From contig JBNJNM010000021.1 in NCBI GenBank assembly GCA_052426225.1, positions 1,116,001 to 1,180,000 of the forward strand: DNA of 64,000 nucleotides. The letters run 5' to 3'. The position numbers and the translations under genes are program-made. The notes beneath the pieces were generated by a model that saw nothing but the letters and a program-made list of their open reading frames with translations, was not told the origin of the DNA and did no database searches. Below are positions 22,780-33,643 of this stretch, in pieces (the stretch's first letter is position 1; each line of letters begins with the position of its first letter). This DNA comes from Zancudomyces culisetae HAW-14-8. Taxonomy: Eukaryota; Fungi; Kickxellomycota.

Positions 22780-23251
22780 TGTCATGAACTGATTCTAGAA
22801 TGTTCAAAAACGTTCTAGAATCATCTGATTTTATTCCGCAGTAATGTTTAGAATGTTCCCCAACATTCTAGAACATTACCGAAAATTCACATTATTTATT
22901 AATTTTTCTTACGTAATAATTTTCACATGTTTAATTTTATTAGCATTCGAGTTTGATTTTTGTTTGATTACTAATCCAATTTGATTAGTAATCAAACACG
23001 TTTTACTTTAACTTGCATTTTTAGCTATTCCGCAGTTTTCATAGTGATTTTGTTCAAAAACCAAGGCTGGAAAAAAGTATAAAAAGGGTACAATTTTCCT
23101 GTCTTGGATTCAGTATCTAGTATCTTGTATACATTCATACAATAAACTTTAATAATAATAAATATAACTCTCCTGACTCCAGATCTTGACACTATACTAG
23201 ATCAAAATATTATATTTATTATTTTCTGACACCAGCCTAAGTATTTTAACT

Positions 23252-24471
23252 ATGGAACCGTTTAGCCCAGAACAAGTTGAATTCCTCAACAAAGCCGCCG
23301 TGACCCTGCCAGCAGTTGAAGACGCCCTCCAGCAACTACTAATAAGAGTAGAAAAAGCCGAGTCTGCCATCAAGGAACACCCTGCCACAGTATCCAAGAA
23401 AATTTATGACAAGGTCAAAGCAGACACCACCAAGTCCATCCAGACCATTCTTGACTCCATGAAAAACCTCCAGTCCGATATCCAGAATTCAGACCAGCTA
23501 ACCCAAAGCGCCATACAGGCCAACCAGTTGGAAATCCAATCCCTTCAGGACCAGCTCAGTACCCTCAGGAACGAAGTCATACTTTATATAACTGAAAACC
23601 GTGCCACCAAAGTTGCTAGTACTTCTGAACCTAGTATCAAAGTAAGACACCCAGACACATTTTCAGGAAAACCCTCCGCCTGTTCCAACTTCTTTTCACA
23701 GCTTGCTCTCGTCTTTGCCGCTTCACCCGATAAATTCAACACAGACTCTTGTAAAGTCTTGATGCCATCTCCTACCTCTCAGGCACACCATTCAGTTACA
23801 TGGAACCTTACCTCATGAAAGCAAACCTTCCAGAGTCTGACCGTCCTGCCATCCTCTCCAACTACAATCTGTTTAAAGAAACTATCACTCGTGCCTTTGG
23901 TGATCCCAACCCTATTGAGAATGCTGATAGGGCAATCCGCCAACTCCGCCAAACCACTTCCGTTGCCGCATATGCCACCGAGTTTAGACGCCTACAGATG
24001 TTAATTGACTGGAACCAACCACCACTTATCTCACAGTTTCTATCCGGTCTCAAGTACAACGTATCCCAAGAACTCAACCGTAGAGAACCAATAGAAGACA
24101 TCGATACCCTGATCTCTACAGCCATCCAGATCGACAACCGCCTCTTCAGCCATCCACAACGTCGTCAACCTCCAGTTAACCCCACTGCAACTATGCCACC
24201 CAAACCCACTGCTTACAACCCGTTTGCTTCACCTGTTTCTGCACCATCTACCACTCCACCAGCTAATAGTGATGGACCTCAACCAATGGATCTCAGTACC
24301 GCTTCATCGACTAGAAGACCACCACTTACTCCTGCTCAAAGAGCATACCGTATCGAAAACAACCTCTGTCTCTATTGTGGCGGTAATGACCATTTCAACA
24401 TCAACTGTCCAAAGAAACGCCACAACATCTCCAGCATTACACCAACACAGGAAAACGACACCGCCCAGTAG
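23252..24471 (+). pseudogene. Gag of E with a 1-bp frameshift near 23761
   Basis: ORFs 23252-23818 and 23800-24471 together match the intact 406-aa Gag of copy F (PMDL motif, CLYCGGNDHFNINC knuckle). Confidence 0.9.
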
Positions 24472-24509
24472 ACAGTAAGGGACACCTATTGGGCAACTTA
24501 GCCAGTCCC
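24450..24509 (+). promoter_or_regulatory. Predicted -1 ribosomal frameshift signal (slippery heptamer plus pseudoknot)
   Basis: G GAA AAC at 24450-24456 in the gag frame; 6-nt spacer; stem GCCCAGTAG/CTATTGGGC; loop GGGAC can pair with GTCCC at 24505-24509; pol lies in the -1 frame. Confidence 0.8.
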
Positions 24510-27500
24510 CACGCCACTGTAACCACTCCTGTTTCTGACACCCAATCTCCTGATAAACCAAACATCTTGACCATTCCTGTAACCATCTTGTCCAAGCACC
24601 ACCACATCAAAACCTACGCTATGGTTGATTCTGGTGCTTCGTCCTCGTTCATTGACGCCACCTTTGCTCTAAAAAACAATCTCCCATCTATATCTAGAAA
24701 AATGACAATCACTCTCGCTGACGGATCAAAGCTTAGATCCAACTCTGCCTCCCAAGTAACACTAAAAATCAATGATAACCATCTCGAAAGTATCTATCTG
24801 CAACAACTAGATCTTGGATCTTCACCAATCATCCTTGGTCTTTCCTGGCTTCAACAACACAATCCTGACATCAACTGGACTGAGAACATAGTCCATCTGC
24901 CTTGTACCTTGACTTCTTGTGGGCCCAACCATGTCAACCTAGACATATCTCTTGTGGGCTCAAACCAGTTTAAAGAACATCTGAAGGCACCAGACACTGT
25001 CTATGCTGGTGCAATTACCGTGAACAATCTTGAATCCCTTGTAGCTCCTGAATCCTGTGAAAATCTCTGTCTTGTCTCTGAATCTAATCCTGAAACCCCT
25101 GTTACTCCTGTAATCCCTGAAAAGTATAAAATGTTTGAATCTGTCTTCTCTGAATCCCAATCTGCCAAACTGCCTGAACATCGTCCATATGATCATACCA
25201 TTCCTTTGCTTCCTGACTCAAAGATACCATATGGCCCATTGTACAACCTCTCCCAATTGGAACTAAAGACCCTGTACGACTACATTCAGGAAAACCTAGC
25301 CAATGGTTTTATCCAACGCTCTGAATCCCCGGCTGGGGCTCCCGTCCTATTTGTAAAAAAGAAAGATGGTAGTCTCCGGTTGTGCGTCGACTATAGAGCC
25401 CTGAATAAGATCACTGTCCCCAACCGTGCAGCCTTGCCACTCATCTCTGAAACCTTGGATCGGCTTGGCAAAGCCAAGATATTCACCAAGCTGGATATGA
25501 AATCCGCATACCACATGATCAGGATCTCGCCTGGTGAAGAATGGAAGACCGCGTTTCGTACACGCTACGGCCACTTCGAGTATAAGGTCATGCCGTTTGG
25601 CCTTATGAATGCTCCAGCCACGTTCCAGTCCTTTGTTAACGATCTCTTCCGTGAATACATTGATCAATTCCTTGTTGTGTACATCGATGATCTGTTAATC
25701 TACTCAGATGATATCGATAAGCACTATGACCACGTCTGCCTTGTCTTGAAGAAGCTTCAGGAACACAATCTCACCCTCAAGCTAGAGAAATGTGAGTTTG
25801 ATGTACAATCAGTACAGTTCCTCGGTTTTGTAATTGGCCCCAACGGAATCTCTATGGATCCATCAAAAGTATCCAGCGTCACCGAATGGAAGACACCAAC
25901 TTGTGTCCGTGACGTTCAGGTATTCCTTGGCCTTACAAACTTCTACCGCCGTTTTATTCTAAACTACTCCAAGATATCTCTGCCGCTCACCGCCTTGTTG
26001 AAAAAAGGTGTCCAATTCCAGTGGACACCCAAAGCTGAAGAAGCTTTCGCCTTGCTAAAAGAAACCATGATCAGTAACCCAGTCTTAGCTCACTACAATC
26101 CTGACCAGCCTTGTATCATCGAAACCGATGCATCAGATTTTGCATTAGGTGCCATTTGCAGCCAGTATGACAACGAGGGACAACTCCACCCTGTTGCATA
26201 CTACTCCCGGAAACTCCTGCCTGCTGAAGTGAATTATCAAATCTATGATAAGGAACTGTTAGCAATTATCGACGCTTTTGCTCACTGGCGTCACTACCTT
26301 GAATTTTCTGTACACCCAACCGTTGTTATGACCGACCATAAAAACTTGGAATACTTCTCCACTACCAGAAATCTTAGTCGCCGCCAAGTCAGATGGTCAG
26401 AATACCTCAGTAACTTCAACTTTGTCATCAAGTACCGCCCTGGAAAACAGAACACTGCCGCCGATGCTCTTTCTCGGAAAGACCAACCTTGGAAGGGGGG
26501 TGACTCCCGTACTGACCAAAACAAAATAACTTTGCTGCCTCCTGAAATCTTCTTGAAGTCCATGACTAGTACACCTGTTGAACCTTTGTCCTCCACGCTC
26601 ATGAACAACATCAAGTCACTACAACCCAAAGACACGTACTTTGGACCCATTTACACTGACTTATCCAAGAAACCTGATTCCCATGAAAAGTTCGCTCTTG
26701 TTGACAATCTTCTGCACTATGATGGACTAATCTGTATCCCCTCAGACGACAACATCAAAAGAACAATTCTGATTGAATGCCATGATTCCCCTGCTGCCGG
26801 CCACTTTGGAAATGCAAAGACATACGAACTTGTATCTCGCAACTTTTACTGGCCAACCATGAGAAAATATATCAAAGACTACATCTCTGGTTGCGATACC
26901 TGTCAACGCAACAAATCCTCTCGCCATAAACCATATGGCTACCTCGCTCCACTTCCCGTTCCTGATTCACCTTGGTCATCTGTTTCTGTCGACTTCATCA
27001 CTCAGCTACCTCCATCCAATAACTTTACTGCAATCTGTGTATTTGTGGATCGCCTTACCAAGATGGCGCATTTTGTTCCCACAACCAATGAAATTGATGC
27101 TGAAGGTACTGCAGATCTATTTATCCAACATGTCTTCTGCAAACATGGGCTCCCTAAAGACATCGTATCTGATAGAGGTGTGACCTTCAATTCATCATTC
27201 ATGCGTACTCTAATGAAATCACTGAATATTGAACAGAAAATGTCCACCGCATTCCATCCTCAGACAGATGGACAAACTGAACGCGTAAACTCTGTATTGG
27301 AACAGTATCTCAGGTGCTACATTGATTACCAACAAACTGATTGGTCAAAGTGGTTACCAATTGCCGAATTCGCCTACAACAACACATCTCATGCTTCTAC
27401 TAAGACCACACCTTTCTACGCAAACTATGGCTTCCATCCACGCTTCTCAGTCATAATCCCTCGTACTCAAGTTTTAAATCCTGCTTCCTCTGATAGATCC

Positions 27501-28067
27501 AAACGACTATCTGATATCCATCAAGAACTGAAGTTTAACATCTCCCTTGCCCTTGAAGACCATGAGAAATACTACAACCGAAAAGTATCATCACAACCTG
27601 ACTTCAACATTGGTGATATTGTCTATCTCTCAACTAAAAACATCAGGACTCAAAGACCAAGCAAGAAGCTTGACTATCGGAAACTTGGTCCATTCAAAGT
27701 ATTGGAAAAGATTGGACAAAGATCATACAAACTTCAGCTACCACACACAATGAAGATTCACCCAGTATTCCACGTCAATCTCCTTGAACCTTGTAAACCA
27801 GATCTGATCCCAGACAGACTATCAAAACCGCTTCCACCTGTGATCATTGATGGTCAAGAAGAATATGAAGTTGAGAAAATCCTAGATAGTAAAATATTTG
27901 GTAGAACTGTCAAATACCTGGTACACTGGAAAGGATACCCAGACACTGAACGTACCTGGCAAACATATTCTGACTTAGCAAATGCAAAATATCTTGTCAC
28001 TGAATTCCATCGTCACCATCCTGAAAAACCAAAGCCAACACAAATGCTTCACGGAGCTCAGCCTTAA
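24489..28067 (+). CDS. Pol (PR-RT-RH-IN-chromodomain) of E, probably expressed by frameshift rather than from this TTG
   Basis: VDSGAS, YIDD, ETDASD, HHCC, GPF motif, C-terminal EYEVEKILD...YLVHWKGY chromodomain. Confidence 0.95.
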   Translation: MGNLASPHATVTTPVSDTQSPDKPNILTIPVTILSKHHHIKTYAMVDSGASSSFIDATFALKNNLPSISRKMTITLADGSKLRSNSASQVTLKINDNHLESIYLQQLDLGSSPIILGLSWLQQHNPDINWTENIVHLPCTLTSCGPNHVNLDISLVGSNQFKEHLKAPDTVYAGAITVNNLESLVAPESCENLCLVSESNPETPVTPVIPEKYKMFESVFSESQSAKLPEHRPYDHTIPLLPDSKIPYGPLYNLSQLELKTLYDYIQENLANGFIQRSESPAGAPVLFVKKKDGSLRLCVDYRALNKITVPNRAALPLISETLDRLGKAKIFTKLDMKSAYHMIRISPGEEWKTAFRTRYGHFEYKVMPFGLMNAPATFQSFVNDLFREYIDQFLVVYIDDLLIYSDDIDKHYDHVCLVLKKLQEHNLTLKLEKCEFDVQSVQFLGFVIGPNGISMDPSKVSSVTEWKTPTCVRDVQVFLGLTNFYRRFILNYSKISLPLTALLKKGVQFQWTPKAEEAFALLKETMISNPVLAHYNPDQPCIIETDASDFALGAICSQYDNEGQLHPVAYYSRKLLPAEVNYQIYDKELLAIIDAFAHWRHYLEFSVHPTVVMTDHKNLEYFSTTRNLSRRQVRWSEYLSNFNFVIKYRPGKQNTAADALSRKDQPWKGGDSRTDQNKITLLPPEIFLKSMTSTPVEPLSSTLMNNIKSLQPKDTYFGPIYTDLSKKPDSHEKFALVDNLLHYDGLICIPSDDNIKRTILIECHDSPAAGHFGNAKTYELVSRNFYWPTMRKYIKDYISGCDTCQRNKSSRHKPYGYLAPLPVPDSPWSSVSVDFITQLPPSNNFTAICVFVDRLTKMAHFVPTTNEIDAEGTADLFIQHVFCKHGLPKDIVSDRGVTFNSSFMRTLMKSLNIEQKMSTAFHPQTDGQTERVNSVLEQYLRCYIDYQQTDWSKWLPIAEFAYNNTSHASTKTTPFYANYGFHPRFSVIIPRTQVLNPASSDRSKRLSDIHQELKFNISLALEDHEKYYNRKVSSQPDFNIGDIVYLSTKNIRTQRPSKKLDYRKLGPFKVLEKIGQRSYKLQLPHTMKIHPVFHVNLLEPCKPDLIPDRLSKPLPPVIIDGQEEYEVEKILDSKIFGRTVKYLVHWKGYPDTERTWQTYSDLANAKYLVTEFHRHHPEKPKPTQMLHGAQP

Positions 28068-28491
28068 GAGGGGAGGTCGTGTCATGAACTGATTCTAGAA
28101 TGTTCAAAAACGTTCTAGAATCATCTGATTTTATTCCGCAGTAATGTTTAGAATGTTCCCCAACATTCTAGAACATTACCGAAAATTCACATTATTTATT
28201 AATTTTTCTTACGTAATAATTTTCACATGTTTAATTTTATTAGCATTCGAGTTTGATTTTTGTTTGATTACTAATCCAATTTGATTAGTAATCAAACACG
28301 TTTTACTTTAACTTGCATTTTTAGCTATTCCGCAGTTTTCATAGTGATTTTGTTCAAAAACCAAGGCTGGAAAAAAGTATAAAAAGGGTACAATTTTCCT
28401 GTCTTGGATTCAGTATCTAGTATCTTGTATACATTCATACAATAAACTTTAATAATAATAAATATAACTCTCCTGACTCCAGATCTTGACA

Positions 28492-31432
28492 ACCAGATAT
28501 AAACGATATATTTGAAGCACTCACAGGTTCAAAAATTTTCAGTACACTGGACGCACTTTCAGGATTCTGGCAAGTCAAATTAAAGGAGGGGGATAAGCAT
28601 AAAACCGCGTTCAGCATTCCAGGCGAAGGTTTATACTGTTACAATGTAATGCCCTTCGGTCTTTGCAACAGCCCTCCAACCTTTCAACGGCAGATGGAAC
28701 GAGTCTTAGGTCCAGTTCTATGGAAGTGTGCAGTAGTATATGTTGATGACATTATTATATACTCCAAAGATATATACTCACATGCCAATGATCTTGCCAG
28801 AGTATTTGTACTTCTTAAAGTTAATAGAATTAAATTAAACAAGAATAAGTGCACAAGCGGACAAAGAGGATTAGAATATTTAGGTCATGTCATAACTAAG
28901 GAAGGATTCTTTACAAACCCAGAAAAAGTTATCGCTATGACTAATCTTCCTAATCCTAACAATGTTAAACAACTACAATGTTTCTTAGGGACGTTTAATT
29001 ATTACAGAAAATTTATTGAGAATTACACCAAAATAACTAAACCTCTAACATACTTACTAAGAAAAGACGTAGAATGGGCATGGACGGTTGAATGTGAACA
29101 AGCAGTAAACCTCATAAAACAAAAACTTACCACTGCACCAATATTAGTTCACCCGAATTGGGACTTACCTTTTATTATTACTACGGATGCATCTATTACC
29201 GGGATAGGAGCTATTTTAAGTCAAGAACAAAATGGTAACGAACACCCAATAGAGTTCAGAAGTAGAGGACTATCTAAAAGCGAAAGAAATTATTCGATTA
29301 CTCACCTTGAAGGACTGGCAGTGATCTATGCAGTCAAACAGTTTAGGAATTATGTCTGGGGACATAAGTTTAAAATCGTTACAGACCACTCTGCTTTTAT
29401 CCGTTTATTTGATTCAAAAGAAGCTACTGGGCGTCTAGCCAGATGGGCAGTTATTTTAAAGGAATATGATTACACCCTTGAACACCGCAAAGGCAAAGAC
29501 AACCCAGCTGACCTTCTATCAAGATGTCTTCCAACAGCCGGAGTAAGCAATAGTACAATTTTATTATATAAGGAATAAGATAATAATTTAAAAATAAATA
29601 ATGCAGATATTGAAGTAAAAGAACTAGATGTAGTCAAAAGCGAAAACAAAAACGAAATCGAAAATAATGACAAGGTTAAAAAGAACAACAAAATACTAAT
29701 GAATAACTACAAAGAGAATGCTCTCTTCACAATGGATATTCTAAAATATACGGCAATCAAAAATTTACTAACAAATAATACTTATCCCAATAATGCCGAC
29801 GAGTTGTTTAGAAAAAAACTATAAATGCAAGCGAATAGATACAAGTTGATAAAAAACGAATTGTTTAAGTTTTCAAGTAAATTTGGAATTAGACAAGTTT
29901 TGAACGAGTTAAATTCTAAAGAAACAATCAAAAAATACCATGAAGAAGACCATCTAGGAATTAATAACACTTGGGAAAAAATAAAACAGAAATTTACTGG
30001 TCCTAATTTATTTGAAATCACGAAATTGGTCGTGAATTATTGCGATTTATGTCAAAGATAGTAAGGATCATCTTCAAATAACAACTTTTTCACACCCATT
30101 ATTGCAAAAAATCCATTCGAAATTTTTGGACTTGATGTTATAGGACCAATCAACCCAATTTCAAAACAAGGAAATCGATATATAATAACTGCTGTGGATT
30201 ATTTGACCAAATGGCCAATTGCGAAAGCTGTGGATAATATAAAATCAAATACTATTGTAGATTTCTTAGTATCAGAAATTGTATCACATTACGGAGTACC
30301 CAAACAACTAATTACCGACAGAGGCTCTAATTTCTTGAGTGATGTGTCTACCGAATTTTATAAGTTTTTAGGAATAAATCATACTCCAACAACTTCGTAT
30401 AGACCGAAATCAAATGGACAAGTTGAACGATACAACCAGTCGATAAAAAATGTTTTGTCTAAAATATGTAAAAATGATAAAAGGAATTGGGACAAATATT
30501 TGTGGAAGACTTTACTAATTTTGCGAACTACCAAAAATAGATCAACTAACAAATCCCCTTCTGAACTATTATATGGAACATCTTTAACTACATCCATTAC
30601 TTTTAACACTATAGATACGAATGTAGATTTAGAAGAATCTATTATAGCACGAACAAAAATTACCGAAAACGAACTTCCTTACCTAAGAGATATAGCAGTC
30701 GATAAAGTTACTAAAAACAAAGAGTATGAAAAGCGTAATTACGACAAGAAGGTTGTTGAAAAGATATTCGAATCGGGGAATTTAGTTTTAAAATTTAACG
30801 AAGTAGTAAATTCGAAATTTGACGAAAGATGGAGTGGACCATATCTTATAGTACGACCAAATGGAAAGGGGACATACATAATAAAGGACACTGATGATAA
30901 CTACGACATTGTCAACGGTGATCGACTAAAAATTTATAACAACGAAAACGGAATTCCTATAGTTAGTTCTAGCAATTTACAATCTTCCATAGGCGACCAA
31001 CGAGGTATGAAAAATTTGACCGGTACGATCATTCCTTGAGGAGGGGGTTGTCGTGTGTGTTTATAATACTTACACACACGCTAAGAAAGGACCAACGTTG
31101 AACCATTGTCCTAAAGTGGCCTTTTCACCATTGTGGTTTTTGCTACAATTAGTGGTTCAACGTTGTCTATATTTTTATTTTATTACTATGTTTATATATT
31201 AATACTTTCATAATATTATAAACTATTTTAGGAATATCCTTTAAATACGACGAAACAAGATTCCTTAGAATCTTGTTCGAAATTCACTCAAAATCATAGC
31301 GTTGATATATTATTAAATAAATCAATTTATACTAAAAGACTATAAAAGAGTACCGAGCCAAAATTAATATATACTCAGTCTCGTCGTACTGTGGTATATT
31401 AATTATAATAAAAGTTTTAAAAACATACGACA
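28492..31432 (+). mobile_element. 5'-deleted Ty3/gypsy element G (RT-RH-IN remnant plus 3' LTR)
   Basis: Begins mid-RT (PDINDIFEAL..LDALSGFWQ); ORF pieces 28649-29578, 29825-30061 and 30194-31039; PPT 31038-31047; LTR 31049-31432 followed by GTCT. Confidence 0.92.
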
Positions 31433-33643
31433 GTCTTGTTATAGCAAAACTTAGTTTTTCTATATAATTGGTGTATACAATTCTAATGATACCAAGTATA
31501 TTGTATAATTAACTTTAATTTAAATACTAAATATATGTTATTGCACGATAGAATTGTATCTTTGACCAAAATTTTATTGATATTGTATAGCATAGGATTT
31601 CAAATATTTTTATACTATTTTATAATATATAATGTTCTAAATAATGATAATCTTATAAACTGTTTGCTGTAGAAAAAATCCAGAAGGATAAAAAAAACTA
31701 GGCAAACTTGAAAATAACTTTTAACCTATAATATATATTAAACTAGTATTAATTGATAGACATAAAAATTAATAAAATAAAAGTTACTTAAGTTGTTAGA
31801 GGATATTATTATATAATGGCTAGAGGTAGATCTGGCCACTATATAACAGTATCCCCCCATTTATGGGAAGATGCCCTCATCTTGACCCACTTGTTTAAAT
31901 CGTTTCAACTTTGATTTTAGTGTCGTTGTTACTTCAGGTATCATTCCGTTTCGCGCATTGTAAATTTTCAATAAATTCCCGTTTATTAATTCGCGATTTC
32001 CGTGATTATCATGTATAATATATGTCCCTTTTGATAAGATTCGTTCTATTATATAAGGGCCTTCCCACAGTTTTTCGAACTTCGATCAATCTATTTCCAC
32101 ACGTTTTAAAACTATATCGTTAACTTTAAATTTAAAATTCTTCACACTTTTGTTATATAACTTTCCATTTTCTGTTTTGCAACTACTGATTTTTGATAAG
32201 CCAGCTTACGTAATTCCTGTAAATTTACTTGAAAATTTTTTATTCTACTGTTAATATTTTCTTCTTCATTCTCAATATCACCGTTGTATTTCCAAGTGCT
32301 AGGCAAGAATATATTAACACCATATAATAATTCAGCGGGACTATAACCAGTCGATTTATTTTTTAAAGAACGAATCACCAACAATGTTTTCCAAAGGTAG
32401 GTATCCCAATTATTTTGATCTTCACTACATTGTTTCTTAAGAATATTTGTTAAAGTACGTTTAAAGCGCTCAACTTGACCGTTGCTTTGTGGTCTATACG
32501 ATGTAGTCGGGGTATGGTTTACTCCCAACCATTCAAAAACCTTGGTCGTTGCATTTGAAACAAAACTTGATCCTCGATCAGAAATTATCTGTTGGGGTAC
32601 ACCATAATGTGCAATTACCTCATTTATAATAAAATTTATTACTGTTTCACTAAGTAGGTTAGCAACAGGGACAGCAATGGGCCATTTAGAAAAGTAGTCA
32701 ATAGCAGTTAGAATAAATCTGTTACCATTTTCAGAGATTGGTGTAATCGGGCCTACTGTATCAATCCCTATGATCTGAAATGGCGTTGAGGTAAATATTG
32801 GATTTAGCTCATTTATTTTTGAACTACCACCTTGGTATAGTTGACATGTGTGACAGCATTTTACTATATCCACAACATCCTTAAATAACCCTCTTCCAGT
32901 ATATAAATTAGAAACCCTTTTCCAAGTATTCTCGACTCCCTCGTGCCCCTCTTGGTGAATGTTATTAATAATTTCCTTTGCATTATGTTCATGTAAGACT
33001 TCCTTTATTTTGTTTTTTACTATTCTGTGAAGCTTACCATTAATGACTCGATATTGTTTTGATTTGTTTCTTAATCTTTCGCGAACTTTTTCAGTAGCTC
33101 CAACAGGATAGTTCATATTGTAATATAATTTAAAATGTCAGAATATTCTATAATATTCATAGCATACACATCCAAATCAACGCTATCGGTACTATTAGGT
33201 TTAGCTTTATCTATCCTAGTGTCAAGATCTGGAGTCAGGAGAGTTATATTTATTATTATTAAAGTTTATTGTATGAATGTATACAAGATACTAGATACTG
33301 AATCCAAGACAGGAAAATTGTACCCTTTTTATACTTTTTTCCAGCCTTGGTTTTTGAACAAAATCACTATGAAAACTGCGGAATAGCTAAAAATGCAAGT
33401 TAAAGTAAAACGTGTTTGATTACTAATCAAATTGGATTAGTAATCAAACAAAAATCAAACTCGAATGCTAATAAAATTAAACATGTGAAAATTATTACGT
33501 AAGAAAAATTAATAAATAATGTGAATTTTCGGTAATGTTCTAGAATGTTGGGGAACATTCTAAACATTACTGCGGAATAAAATCAGATGATTCTAGAACG
33601 TTTTTGAACATTCTAGAATCAGTTCATGACACGACCTCCCCTC

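Larger units (their letters stand above)
22780..28491 (+). mobile_element. Chromovirus (Tf1/sushi-like Ty3/gypsy) copy E
   Basis: 412-bp LTRs 22780-23191 and 28080-28491, PPT AAGAGGGGAGG 28066-28076; flanks ACGAG/ACCAG do not form a perfect TSD. Confidence 0.96.
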
